In this document: one piece after another, positions 14,374 to 24,139 of the stretch
Layout of the letters: the number at the start of each line of letters is the position of its first letter
Numbering within the stretch: position 1 is the stretch's first letter
IMG/VR virus record: IMGVR_UViG_3300030376_003861
Coordinates: 1-26,672 of that record
DNA length: 26,672 nucleotides
Strand: one strand, 5' to 3'
From: a virus
Taxonomy: Duplodnaviria; Caudoviricetes
Translations under genes and position numbers: made by a program
Notes under the pieces: model-generated
Told to the model about the DNA's origin: nothing
Databases searched by the model: none
What the model saw: the letters and a program-made list of their open reading frames with translations, nothing else

Positions 14374-17300
14374 TTAAGCTCCTTCGGCTCCGTACCCATT
14401 GGCTTGATAAGCAAAAGTTCTATCCTGACTTGCGCCACCTTCATTTTTGAAATGAACAGTAAAACCTGTTCTAGATTCAGAACTAATCTCGTAATAATCT
14501 TTTGTCGCCATATTGTTCGCTGTAATGCCTAATTTTGGTGTTTGATAGAAAGCTTTCGTATAGGTAACGACTTTGGCACCTGCACCTGAAGCCATTGAAT
14601 CACTTTCTGTTCTATTTTCAAATTGCAGGGTGTAGCCTAATTCATCAATAATAGGGGTTTGATCAACTGTCGTACTTGAGAGGTCAACTTTGAATTGGAA
14701 TACTCGTCCTGTGTATCTTCCTGATTCCATCGGTGTCCATACCCCATAAGTTTGTGAACTTTCTTGTTCTGTATTACTGCCATCCTCTAGTAAAATTTTA
14801 TCGCCGTCTTCTGTGATGATGTCGTCGTCAGCAGGTGCGTCGTTGCTTTTTCTAAAATAAAGGTTTGCCGTTGTTTCATCTGCTAAGGCTCCATCGAAAT
14901 CACTCCATCTATCCATATTTGTTGCACGATCATCAATTGTATCGTTTGGAAGTAACCCCCTAGTTGTTAATTTCCTTTTGAAAACAACAGTAAAAACAGC
15001 ACCTAAATCAACAACATTATTAAAGTAATAAGTCCCTGAACTGTTAAGAGTACCAAGGAAATCTATTGTTCCCCATGTATCAATATCTCCTGAGTGGTCA
15101 TCCCATAAATCTGTGCCATCTAAAACTAAAGCGTCATATTCATCTGAATAAAAAACATTATCTTTTTGACCTTTAAATGGTGGGCTGTCTGTATCTTCTC
15201 GCCTTACTGTTTGATCTAATCTAGGTAAAGCATCGGGCAAACTTATCGTTGCACTTGTTTCATTAGCACTCTTATTATCATTCTTATCTTTAAATTTAAC
15301 CATATATTCACCTTCTAATAAATCTAAAACAACAGAGTCAGTATTTGTTTGAACTTCTCTTAAAAGTGTTGAATCAGCCCATGTTCCTGTGCCGTCTGTT
15401 TTATTTGAATGACGAATAATAGTGATTAAATCTGAAACGTTGCCACCCCAATTTGAAGGATCTCCATCCCATCTCAAAGTTACTTCATCTTTACTAGAAG
15501 CCTGAACACTGACACCCGTAGGATCAGGAGGCAAGACAACAACAGGAGTACTGTCATCACCATCACCACCACCACCACCGGAAGAAGGTGAGGGAACAGT
15601 AATTGTCTGAGAACTCCAAGGCGATGTTTTACTTACAGGGGCAGGGCCGACGGCTCTTACTTCAAAAGTTAAAGTTGTTCCAGACGCTAAACTATCAATA
15701 TCAAAAACCGTATTAGTAGTTGTTACTGTTGTGTAATTACCTCCGCCTACTTTATATCGAAGATCAAAAAGAATAGATGAACCATTTGTACCTCTTGACC
15801 AATTCCAAGTAATCCTATTAACAGTATTATTATTAATTCTTACTTCAGCAAAAGCCCAACTTAAATTAGTAACTGCATGGGGATTTTCATCAAAGGTTGT
15901 AACGTCTTCATATTCAAGAGCTGTTCCAGCATCAGCCGTTGAATAAATAGAATCATTAAATTCTGTTCCTGTAATTGAATATGTTCCATCAGGATTTTCA
16001 TCAATAGATAAACATCTAAATTTTTGTTCTGTAACTTCGCTAGAAGAAATCGACCATACTGATTGTGCTTGAGGTGCTGCGCTAAATGCTGAACAAGTAA
16101 CAACGGCTCCAGCGACAGAACTAATATCTCTTATTTCTCTATCACCATCAGGCATAATACAAGTTATTTGATGACTTGTACCCGAAGGTAAAACAATTGT
16201 TTGATCACAAGTAATAGCTGTAGTCGTTGAACTTGATACTCTTCCCGCTAATCTCACACCTGCAATTGTTTCATCAGCAACTGCGAAAACTTGCCCCGGA
16301 AAAACAGCAACACCTTCAAGACCTGTCGAGAAACTAATTACTTTTTGATCTAATTCTTCCGCTGCCATCATCCAACGGCCCATTCTTTGCGCTTGCCATT
16401 TTGAAGTACAACCAAAAGCAACGATGTCTTTCGTCTGATACCCGTATTTAGCGATCAAGTCATAATCTTCAACAACAACGAAATTAGGTTTATAAAAATT
16501 ATCAGGGTCGTTATATCTAACTCGTATTGATGTACTTCTTGTTTTTAATGATGTACCTGAATAATTAAAAAAGCCATCAGTAACGTTTGAATTGTTATAA
16601 AGATGAACAGGTGCAATGTCAGTCCCATCTATATTTCCATGATCTCCAGTTACTTGTATTACATTACTTGCCCAGTAGGTCATGCCCCTAAAGGTGCTTG
16701 CTAAATCTCTAAGAACTTGATACGCCTGCGCCCTATCTCCTACTACTGTATTCATTGCAAATCTTGGTTCTGTTGTCCCGTCTGGGTTAGTAATTAATTG
16801 ATTTGCATATTGACAAAGAGGATATAAATCGACCCAATTCAAACTTGAAGAGTCAACGAAATCACCTGCACCCCAAACTTTATTAGTAAGCATTGCATAG
16901 AAAATGCAAACAGGGCAGGTTGTCCAACGTGTATGAAGTGACCCGTCAAAAGGAGAATCTTCAAGAAAATCTAAACTTCCATCCTCTCTAACATTTGTAT
17001 TATGCGGTACACCTACTTTTACGCCTCTAACCAAATAAGCTCTCGTTGGAATAGATGTAAATTGTTTCGTTGAAAGACTTAAACCAATACAGGCGGTATT
17101 AGGGTATGCACTTCTTAGTTCTTGTTTTTCAACAATACTTGTCCAAAAAATTCTATTTCCTCGACTTGTTGATAATGGTGTTGTTTCTGAAATTTCATCA
17201 AATTGTGTATATCTAATCTCATAATCAGATTCACCATCTACTTTTTTTTCAACTTTTATATTCCACGGGCCTATTCCGGGTAATTCAATTTTTGGGGTTT

Positions 17301-17832
17301 TCACTTGATATTCAGTTGTTGAAATTCCTATTACATCACGATGATAAACTTGTGAATAGCTTCCTCCTTGAGGTTGCACATAAACAAACAGTCGAACTGT
17401 TGCATTAAATAATTGACCCTTCGCCAATCCTTCCTGTGCAGTTGAAAATAAAGCAGGAATAGAAAATAAAAGTTGAAATGATTCAACCTCTGTATCTGAT
17501 ATTTGTCTAACAACTTGCCCCTCGCCATAATCTCTTGCAGAGACTTCATTACTTGTGTTTAACGTCTCACTATAATTTGAACCAACTTCTACATTAACCG
17601 TATTAACTGTTGCTGTTCCATCGTTTAAATAATTATCAAGTCTTCCTTGTGTTGCACCTCCTAGTCTAAATTCCCAACCAATAGAATTATTATCGAAATT
17701 CCTTACTCCATCAGATGCCTCAATTGGTGTTTCATTCAAATAAACTCCTTTATCGGCTCCAACAATTCCATCAATTGTACCCTCACAAAGAAGATCAATA
17801 ATTTTAATCGTAGAGGTTGAATTTAAACCCAT
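14374..17832 (-). CDS. Tail tip / host specificity protein J-like
   Basis: 1152 aa; IIDLLCEGTIDG, FRGMTYW, AFGCTS..QA.R.GRW and FN3-like domains, as in the lambda gpJ family. Confidence 0.9.
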   Translation of the reverse strand: MGLNSTSTIKIIDLLCEGTIDGIVGADKGVYLNETPIEASDGVRNFDNNSIGWEFRLGGATQGRLDNYLNDGTATVNTVNVEVGSNYSETLNTSNEVSARDYGEGQVVRQISDTEVESFQLLFSIPALFSTAQEGLAKGQLFNATVRLFVYVQPQGGSYSQVYHRDVIGISTTEYQVKTPKIELPGIGPWNIKVEKKVDGESDYEIRYTQFDEISETTPLSTSRGNRIFWTSIVEKQELRSAYPNTACIGLSLSTKQFTSIPTRAYLVRGVKVGVPHNTNVREDGSLDFLEDSPFDGSLHTRWTTCPVCIFYAMLTNKVWGAGDFVDSSSLNWVDLYPLCQYANQLITNPDGTTEPRFAMNTVVGDRAQAYQVLRDLASTFRGMTYWASNVIQVTGDHGNIDGTDIAPVHLYNNSNVTDGFFNYSGTSLKTRSTSIRVRYNDPDNFYKPNFVVVEDYDLIAKYGYQTKDIVAFGCTSKWQAQRMGRWMMAAEELDQKVISFSTGLEGVAVFPGQVFAVADETIAGVRLAGRVSSSTTTAITCDQTIVLPSGTSHQITCIMPDGDREIRDISSVAGAVVTCSAFSAAPQAQSVWSISSSEVTEQKFRCLSIDENPDGTYSITGTEFNDSIYSTADAGTALEYEDVTTFDENPHAVTNLSWAFAEVRINNNTVNRITWNWSRGTNGSSILFDLRYKVGGGNYTTVTTTNTVFDIDSLASGTTLTFEVRAVGPAPVSKTSPWSSQTITVPSPSSGGGGGDGDDSTPVVVLPPDPTGVSVQASSKDEVTLRWDGDPSNWGGNVSDLITIIRHSNKTDGTGTWADSTLLREVQTNTDSVVLDLLEGEYMVKFKDKNDNKSANETSATISLPDALPRLDQTVRREDTDSPPFKGQKDNVFYSDEYDALVLDGTDLWDDHSGDIDTWGTIDFLGTLNSSGTYYFNNVVDLGAVFTVVFKRKLTTRGLLPNDTIDDRATNMDRWSDFDGALADETTANLYFRKSNDAPADDDIITEDGDKILLEDGSNTEQESSQTYGVWTPMESGRYTGRVFQFKVDLSSTTVDQTPIIDELGYTLQFENRTESDSMASGAGAKVVTYTKAFYQTPKLGITANNMATKDYYEISSESRTGFTVHFKNEGGASQDRTFAYQANGYGAEGA

Positions 17833-17838
17833 TTTTCT

Positions 17839-19101
17839 TTAAACAATGTAGTAACCAAATTGGATAACTTCTAACGTATTAACATTTAAATCAGCACTGT
17901 AATCAACAGGTTCGATAAAAAGTTTATAATTATCCTTATGAGGAATTTTCCCAATTGTAAACCAATTAACCCACGAATAAGATTGGGAACCTGTCATTAA
18001 TCCTTGAATCGTAAGAGGAACTTCTGTTACTCTTTTTCCTGTATCTCGTTCAGTAATAATTTTAAGTCTAATAAAACCATCAACTTTTGTAGAACCTGCT
18101 TCTCCTACTTCGTTGTATAAACCATTATTTAATCTAAAGGCAATTTGAAACCTATTAACATTTGTTTGCCCACTAAATTCAGCTTCAAAAATAGCAGTTC
18201 CTATTCTTTGCTCTGATTTATTGGTTAAATCAATTGTTTGGAAATCATCTAAAAATCTAAGATGATTAGTCCTACCTACAAGGGAATTGACTTCTTGGGT
18301 GCTAAGAGTTCTTGACTGCATCCCAGAAGTATCTTTGAAAACAGAATCTAATCTTTCACCTTGAATCCTCATCGTGTCAGGGCTAGGTTGTCTAACCCAG
18401 TCAGTCAAAGGATCTGATTCGTCTGTAATTTCCATATCTGCATGAACGATATGGCTACCGATTAAGGCTTTTCCAAAAACTACAGGGATTGTTGCACCAG
18501 CTCCAACTGAATTAACTGCGCCTCTATAAGCGTAAGATTGACGACCATCTGATCCTCTAACTAACGACTGAGGGCCATTATCCATAACACTTGACCCCGG
18601 CTTTAACATTGACATCTCGTCAGGTTGCGGTGACAACATTTGAGCAATACCGCCAAGAGTTAAAGCAATACCAATATTTCCACCAACGGCAATTGCAGCA
18701 GCAGCCGCAGCAGATGCTCCTCCAGCCATAACACCAGCAGAAGTAAAACCTGTTAGGGCTAAAGAACTAGCACCAAGTGTATAAACAGCTAAACCAATTA
18801 AGGCAACACCAACAATTACCTTTACTAAAGGATTATCCCCACTTCCTGTAATCACAGGTGTAATAATTAAATCTTTACTGCCAAAGGGCAGCAACATATC
18901 TTCTAACTCAAATTCTGTTTCTGATTGAACAACTTTATAAGCAATTCCCTTTTCACCTGATTCAGCTAAGTCTTTACCAAACTCAGGATAATTAATCATT
19001 AAAAGCCTTATCGCATCAGCAGGCGTTCTAAGATTGTGATACTCATGCACTGAGCCAAATTTTTCTCCTAGTTCATCTAGAAGAACGACCCGTTGCATCA
19101 T
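17839..19101 (-). CDS. Tail assembly protein I-like with C-terminal extension
   Basis: Ubiquitin-like N-terminus (LLDELGEKFG...PVITGSG), Gly/Ala hydrophobic stretch and GATIPVVFG. Confidence 0.85.
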   Translation of the reverse strand: MMQRVVLLDELGEKFGSVHEYHNLRTPADAIRLLMINYPEFGKDLAESGEKGIAYKVVQSETEFELEDMLLPFGSKDLIITPVITGSGDNPLVKVIVGVALIGLAVYTLGASSLALTGFTSAGVMAGGASAAAAAAIAVGGNIGIALTLGGIAQMLSPQPDEMSMLKPGSSVMDNGPQSLVRGSDGRQSYAYRGAVNSVGAGATIPVVFGKALIGSHIVHADMEITDESDPLTDWVRQPSPDTMRIQGERLDSVFKDTSGMQSRTLSTQEVNSLVGRTNHLRFLDDFQTIDLTNKSEQRIGTAIFEAEFSGQTNVNRFQIAFRLNNGLYNEVGEAGSTKVDGFIRLKIITERDTGKRVTEVPLTIQGLMTGSQSYSWVNWFTIGKIPHKDNYKLFIEPVDYSADLNVNTLEVIQFGYYIV

Positions 19102-19465
19102 ATCTAAAAATAGCCTCTACTCTTTCTACATAGTAGGCTCTAAAGGCTTCAACGCACGATAAAGATTTTAATTTTTGATGGAGAATCCTTTCGTTAGGTA
19201 ATAAAATTGCCGCGTGCATCGGTGTTTTAGTTCCTAACCTCATGATCAAGACATCATTTGGTAGTCGATATTTTAGTTCTATTTGTTTAAATCCGACTTT
19301 CAACGCTTGATCTAAAAAAATACTTTCGCAAGTTTCAAGGTTTTCTGGTCTTTTATATTCAGGAAGTTGAACACCTAATAGTTTGTAATAGTCTTTAATT
19401 AATCCATAACAATCTTTACTGCCATACTCCCATTGACGACCTACTAAGGATTGATAGTTGACCAT
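19073..19465 (-). CDS. NlpC/P60 tail tip protein (C-terminal half of lambda gpK)
   Basis: KDCYGL catalytic Cys; HAAI and ILHQ histidines. Confidence 0.85.
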   Translation of the reverse strand: MVNYQSLVGRQWEYGSKDCYGLIKDYYKLLGVQLPEYKRPENLETCESIFLDQALKVGFKQIELKYRLPNDVLIMRLGTKTPMHAAILLPNERILHQKLKSLSCVEAFRAYYVERVEAIFRYDATGRSSR

Positions 19466-19752
19466 TTATCTTGAGGGATTAAATAGATATGCCAAGGTAA
19501 TCTTAGCTGTGAACAAGCTTTGTGATCTGCTTGGCTTGCTTTTCCTCCTTTTGGATGTGAATGAATAACTGCTTGAATCTTTCCTTTCATTCTTGCTTTT
19601 AAATAGTCTTTAGGGTCTAAGACAAAATCATTATCAGGCTGATCTGCAATATTATTACAAGGAAAATATAAATCATTAACCAAGACACCACACGCTTCTT
19701 TTGGCGCCTCTTCCAGCGCGTGTTCCTTTGCGTTACATCTGAAGTCTTGCAC
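19444..19752 (-). CDS. JAB/MPN (Mov34) protein (N-terminal half of lambda gpK); probable GTG start
   Basis: KEACG and IHSHP...SQAD JAMM motif. Confidence 0.85.
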   Translation of the reverse strand: MQDFRCNAKEHALEEAPKEACGVLVNDLYFPCNNIADQPDNDFVLDPKDYLKARMKGKIQAVIHSHPKGGKASQADHKACSQLRLPWHIYLIPQDKWSTINP

Positions 19753-20425
19753 TTGGGAAACCTCCAAAAGGTAAATCTTCATTACCCGGAAATTTTGCAG
19801 CACAGTCTGAATATTTATGTCCGCAAGTTGTATCAGACCCCTTGTAAGTACATTGTGTTTCTTCAGTATTTGACGGGCTGTTAAATCTCCACGGGCAGTG
19901 TTCTAGTACTTGACGGCGTGGCAATGCGATATTTAATAAATCCATTTTTGTTGCTAATTCAAATTGCACAGTGTTCTTATTTTCAGAAGCAACACGGTCT
20001 ATATACCAAGTATCATTAGATTCAAATATTGCAGTAGGGTCAGCCGTTGCGTTTGATCCTGAACTAAAATTTGCAGCATCAAGGAATTTCTTACACGTTC
20101 TAATTCTTACAACTTTTGCATTTAAAGGGTTATAAGAAGCCATCAAAACAGAGATGGCACTATTAGCATTAGCAATTGTAAAAGTAGGTCTTGGTAATGT
20201 CCCCGTCGCTGATCTTTTAAAGCCATCCATTTCACAAGGAACAGCACTATAAGTAATTGAGTTAAAAACTATATTTCCGTAAATTTCATTTGTTCCCGCG
20301 TGGTAGTAATAAACAGTATCGGTTCCATTTACTGCCAACGTTAAATGTAATTGAAATAACTCGATCACCGCAGAGGGTTCGAGCATTTGAATTTGTTCTT
20401 GTATCGACTGGGGAACAGTTGGCAT
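19733..20425 (-). CDS. Minor tail protein L-like
   Basis: GTLPRPT, RIRTCKKFLDAANF, four C-terminal Cys (Fe-S in gpL) and LPFGGFP. Confidence 0.9.
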   Translation of the reverse strand: MPTVPQSIQEQIQMLEPSAVIELFQLHLTLAVNGTDTVYYYHAGTNEIYGNIVFNSITYSAVPCEMDGFKRSATGTLPRPTFTIANANSAISVLMASYNPLNAKVVRIRTCKKFLDAANFSSGSNATADPTAIFESNDTWYIDRVASENKNTVQFELATKMDLLNIALPRRQVLEHCPWRFNSPSNTEETQCTYKGSDTTCGHKYSDCAAKFPGNEDLPFGGFPSARLQM

Positions 20426-20427
20426 TT

Positions 20428-20769
20428 TTACGCCTCCGCTACTTCTTGAAAGGTTGCTGAAATACTTGCCAAAGTAGGGTAAGAAATTGTTTTATTCCAT
20501 GAGGTACAAATATAGTTAGAGCTTGCCGCCTCTCCCGGTGCTGTAAATGTAAAGCTTTCAGTTCCACCTCTTGCATCAAGAAAGTCTTCTATCGTGTCGC
20601 TGTCTGTTTCTGAAATATTTTCCCAACGCAAATTCCACCTTTTCAAATTCTGATTAATACCGAAAGTTGTACGCTGAGAATATCCCGACCCAAAGGCAGC
20701 CGTATTCGTCTTTGGTTCGCTGACCTTACTGAGGCCATAAGAAGATTCAATAGAGGGAAAGGTTGCCAT
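20428..20769 (-). CDS. Minor tail protein M-like (distal tail)
   Basis: FGSGYSQR..GIN, FLDARGG.ESF and ATFQEV. Confidence 0.9.
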   Translation of the reverse strand: MATFPSIESSYGLSKVSEPKTNTAAFGSGYSQRTTFGINQNLKRWNLRWENISETDSDTIEDFLDARGGTESFTFTAPGEAASSNYICTSWNKTISYPTLASISATFQEVAEA

Positions 20770-22427
20770 TATCCGTAAAGTAAACCCCCGGGCCTACGTT
20801 CATTTGCAATTTGATTTTGAACAGCGGTTGCAATTAGCTTGCCTAGCATTCGTGCTTGTCCTTCCTCTCCTTGCACTTCAGAGCCTCCAGTTGCGTCAAC
20901 ATTAACAACAACAGATGTACTTGAACCGCCTTGACTTACAACCCCTAAATTACCATCAGCACCACGTTTTAGGGGCAAAACGGCCTCAGAACCGGCCTCC
21001 CCAGCAACAGCAACGCCACCATCTGCCATGTATTTAAAATGAGGCTTATTTATAACTCCACCCTTTGCATAAGCCGTTACATGTTGACCATTCTCAAAAA
21101 CGTTTCCTTTCGCACTAAATAAACCACTAAACCAACCGCTTAAAGGCTTTGTTATTGATTGTTGAATTGCCATCCGAACCATATCTTTGATAATGCTATT
21201 AGCTAATGATTTAAAAGATAATTTCCCACCCATTACAAAATCAGTTAAGGCGTCTTCCATCCCTTTGATCCCTTTTATAAAGACATCAGACATACCCTCA
21301 CCAACTGTTTTAATTGAATTATTAAAGCTAGTTAATTTAGACTTCATTTGAGATCCAAAGGTTTTATCTATTTCTTTACCAAATTTATTTGCGTCTTCTG
21401 TTCCTTTCTTAAAGCCATAAGCATCACCGGCTTCTGATTCTCCAACAGTAATTTTCTTAAATATTTCCTGATTCCTTTTAAATCTTTCCATTACCCCTTT
21501 GACATATCCCCCGTCTGGATCATCCATTGCCTTACCGCCAAACATTCGCCCCGCCCTTCTCTTTAATCGTGCTAAATAATGCCCAACCTCTTCTAATGCT
21601 ACAGCCGTTGACATAAGGCCAAAAGCCAAAGTTCTAACGCTAATACTTATTGCTTCAAATAATCCATTCCAATCATTTTTACTATCAAACAAATCCTGAA
21701 ATGCTTCAACAATTGAATTTAAAGCCGGTAAAAGTTCATCAGCTAATTGTTTTCTGAAACCATCAAAGCCAAAACCTAACATTGTTAATTGGTCATTGAA
21801 ATATTCCGCGTTCGCTTCAAAACCTTCACTTGTCTCATAATTCCAACGTTCTAAAGCATCGCCGCCTTCATTCAACATTGGTATTAATTGCGCTCCTGAT
21901 CGACCAAATATTTCCATTGCTAAAGCCGCCTTTGTTGCACCGTTTGGCATCTCTTTAAAACGATCAGCCAATTGACCTAATACAACTTCTGAGTCTTTTA
22001 AATTGCCGCCTGAATCTCTAACTGTTACGCCTAACGCTTTATATGCATCTTCATAAGTAGCAACGCCTTGATTAGCTTCACGCATTGATTGAGCTAAACG
22101 CCTTAAGCCCTTTTCAATTGTTCCTTGCTCGACTCCCGCAAGTTTTCCGGCGTTAACGTAACTTTGCAGCGTATCGGCTGCGATTCCTGTTTGCCTGCTT
22201 AATTTCCCAAATGCGTCAGCCTGATTTATTGCACCTGTAACAACTCGACTAAATGCCCCCGCCGCTAAAATAACGGCCATTGCCTTAAACGCTGTATTAA
22301 CGCTTAACGCTGCCATTCGTACATTTTTTAATCTTCCTTGTAACCCCTGCATGGAGTTACCCATTTTCTTGATGCCAGCTTGACCAACTGTTTTCGCCTG
22401 AATCAATAAATTAAATTTTTGTGCCAT
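20769..22427 (-). CDS. Tape measure protein
   Basis: Helical Ala/Gly-rich 552 aa with lambda-type C-terminus (AGEAGSEAVLPLKR...RPGGLL); located between the chaperones and M. Confidence 0.9.
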   Translation of the reverse strand: MAQKFNLLIQAKTVGQAGIKKMGNSMQGLQGRLKNVRMAALSVNTAFKAMAVILAAGAFSRVVTGAINQADAFGKLSRQTGIAADTLQSYVNAGKLAGVEQGTIEKGLRRLAQSMREANQGVATYEDAYKALGVTVRDSGGNLKDSEVVLGQLADRFKEMPNGATKAALAMEIFGRSGAQLIPMLNEGGDALERWNYETSEGFEANAEYFNDQLTMLGFGFDGFRKQLADELLPALNSIVEAFQDLFDSKNDWNGLFEAISISVRTLAFGLMSTAVALEEVGHYLARLKRRAGRMFGGKAMDDPDGGYVKGVMERFKRNQEIFKKITVGESEAGDAYGFKKGTEDANKFGKEIDKTFGSQMKSKLTSFNNSIKTVGEGMSDVFIKGIKGMEDALTDFVMGGKLSFKSLANSIIKDMVRMAIQQSITKPLSGWFSGLFSAKGNVFENGQHVTAYAKGGVINKPHFKYMADGGVAVAGEAGSEAVLPLKRGADGNLGVVSQGGSSTSVVVNVDATGGSEVQGEEGQARMLGKLIATAVQNQIANERRPGGLLYG

Positions 22428-22763
22428 TTACTTCTTCTCCTTATTCATTTCAGCCATTGCCGTGATTTCCATGATTTGTAAATCTTCAAACACAGAAGGC
22501 AAATCTTCTACTAAATAGAGTTTAGCTGTACTTATTACGCTTTCATAGCATAAGCCCGTTACTCCGCCCATAGATGTTCTCCATTGTGTTTGACACCTAA
22601 GAAATAATTGAACAGCAGGCCAATTTTCCTCCCATACTTCAAAAGGTTTTTCAGGTTCAGGTTCAGGCAATGCAATACCAAAAGCCGCCGCCGCTTCCTC
22701 TAGTGAATCCCTTGAATCTTTCCCGCTACTACACCAATGAATAGCAGCGGCCTCTAGTTTTTT
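22428..22763 (-). CDS. Tail assembly chaperone GT extension (DUF1799-like), reached by -1 frameshift
   Basis: The -1 frame is open from the slippery site: KLEAAAIHWCSG...AFGIALPEPEPEKPFEVWEENW...TQWR...GLCY. Confidence 0.8.
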   Translation of the reverse strand, partial: KKLEAAAIHWCSSGKDSRDSLEEAAAAFGIALPEPEPEKPFEVWEENWPAVQLFLRCQTQWRTSMGGVTGLCYESVISTAKLYLVEDLPSVFEDLQIMEITAMAEMNKEKK

Positions 22764-23095
22764 CTTTTTGCCCCCATACGACTATCAATAAAAGCCGCAG
22801 CAATTGCCGTTGGTATTCCTAAGACATCAAGCAACTCATCAAACTTTGCCTTAATAAAAGGCATCTCTTCCCCTTTGTCATCCAATATTCCAGACCAACC
22901 AAGCACAACTTCTCTACAAACATCAACGTCGTTAATCTCACCCGCTGATGACTGATCAATCATTTCTTGAAAACGAGTTTGTGAGATATTTTTAAATTCC
23001 GCTTCAAAGGTATGTCTTCTTAATTTTCCGTCTTCTGGCAAATCAACTTTTACAGGCCAAGAATAACTACTTGATTGCTTTAAAACAAAAGACAT
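22754..23095 (-). CDS. Tail assembly chaperone G-like
   Basis: 113 aa between tube and TMP; VLGWSGI; ends A-AAA-AAC-TAG. Confidence 0.85.
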   Translation of the reverse strand: MSFVLKQSSSYSWPVKVDLPEDGKLRRHTFEAEFKNISQTRFQEMIDQSSAGEINDVDVCREVVLGWSGILDDKGEEMPFIKAKFDELLDVLGIPTAIAAAFIDSRMGAKRKN

Positions 23096-23117
23096 TAATT
23101 TACTATTTACTCATAGC

Positions 23118-23131
23118 AAGGGTAAACCCCC
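23118..23131. promoter_or_regulatory. Operator-like site 7
   Basis: AAGGGTAAACCCCC in the 55-bp gap between the tail tube and chaperone genes. Confidence 0.6.
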
Positions 23132-23150
23132 TCAACAATAAAAGCAATAT

Positions 23151-24080
23151 CTAATGGAACTTAAGGCTAAACTCATCGTTGCCCGAAGTTGTAGGAGTGG
23201 CTAGATAATCCATATTCAACATAACGACGCCATTATCATCAGAATAGCTAGGCGCTTGAATGTCTGTTTTAGGAAGGGTCAGAGTTACGCGGTTTCCGGC
23301 TGTTTGTCCGTGTTGGTAGGTTAAATTCCCAAGTGTTCCCGCTTCCGATATTGCAAAGAAATCTTTAGTTCCTAAAGCCGGTGCCTCTATTGAAATTGAA
23401 CCGCTTGGCTTTCTATCAGTAAATAAAACTTCTTTTGTTCCGCCGATTAATTCACGATAAGAAAGATCATTATTTAAATCAAACGTCATTGATTGCATAG
23501 CACCCGCGAAGGTGTGCAATTGGAACGCCGTTGTATTTGTCTTGTTTGGAATAACTGGAGTTGCTTGATTGGAATAACTTGGCGTCAAGTTGGCGCTTGC
23601 CCCCGGAGCCGAATACAACCCAATCATGTTGAAAGTTATTGTTGGGATTTCCGAGACAGACAGGGATATTGAAAAACTTCCTCTTGCTCCCAAAATCTTG
23701 TGCCTTTGCCCGTCAACGAAATAATAAATTGTTGAACTTCCAGCAGTTGCTATTGGCGCGTAAGTATCAGAAGTACTTGAGGCAGTCGTAAGAGCTGTAC
23801 CGCACGAAAGTAAAAGATTTGAAAACGCTGGCGCCGTTCCTGCACTTCCACTAGCCGCAAGTTCTACAACCGCTGTTAGTTGTACATGAGTATTTGCATT
23901 GATCGATTCATAATTTCCCATATATCCGCGCACTAATTCCCTGCTTACCGTGTCGCCGGTTAAGGGTGTTATCTCTATCGATTGACAAAGGATAGCGTTC
24001 GACCCCGCAACCGTTGGATCAGTTGCGTAACTTGATTCGGCCTTAGCGCAAATTATGGTTTGCGAGGTTCTTAATGCCAT
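23151..24080 (-). CDS. Major tail tube protein
   Basis: 309 aa, beta-rich, ending PTTSGNDEFSLKF; located between terminator and chaperone. Confidence 0.85.
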   Translation of the reverse strand: MALRTSQTIICAKAESSYATDPTVAGSNAILCQSIEITPLTGDTVSRELVRGYMGNYESINANTHVQLTAVVELAASGSAGTAPAFSNLLLSCGTALTTASSTSDTYAPIATAGSSTIYYFVDGQRHKILGARGSFSISLSVSEIPTITFNMIGLYSAPGASANLTPSYSNQATPVIPNKTNTTAFQLHTFAGAMQSMTFDLNNDLSYRELIGGTKEVLFTDRKPSGSISIEAPALGTKDFFAISEAGTLGNLTYQHGQTAGNRVTLTLPKTDIQAPSYSDDNGVVMLNMDYLATPTTSGNDEFSLKFH

Positions 24081-24139
24081 TGCCTAAATACAAACTCTTC
24101 TATGACTCCATATTAGACAGTGTTTATTATCCGGACGCA

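Noticed and set aside
15561-15581. CACCAT/CAC triplet run
   Set aside because: It encodes a Gly/Asp linker (SSGGGGGDGDD) between FN3-like domains of J
13138-17549. ORF-track entries 13138-13320, 13626-13817, 15861-16103 and 17331-17549
   Set aside because: They are short alternative-frame ORFs inside the fibre and J genes with no independent support
20777-20789. Partial operator-like AAAGTAAACCCCC
   Set aside because: Only one arm matches, and it is explained by the conserved PGGLL coding of the tape measure end
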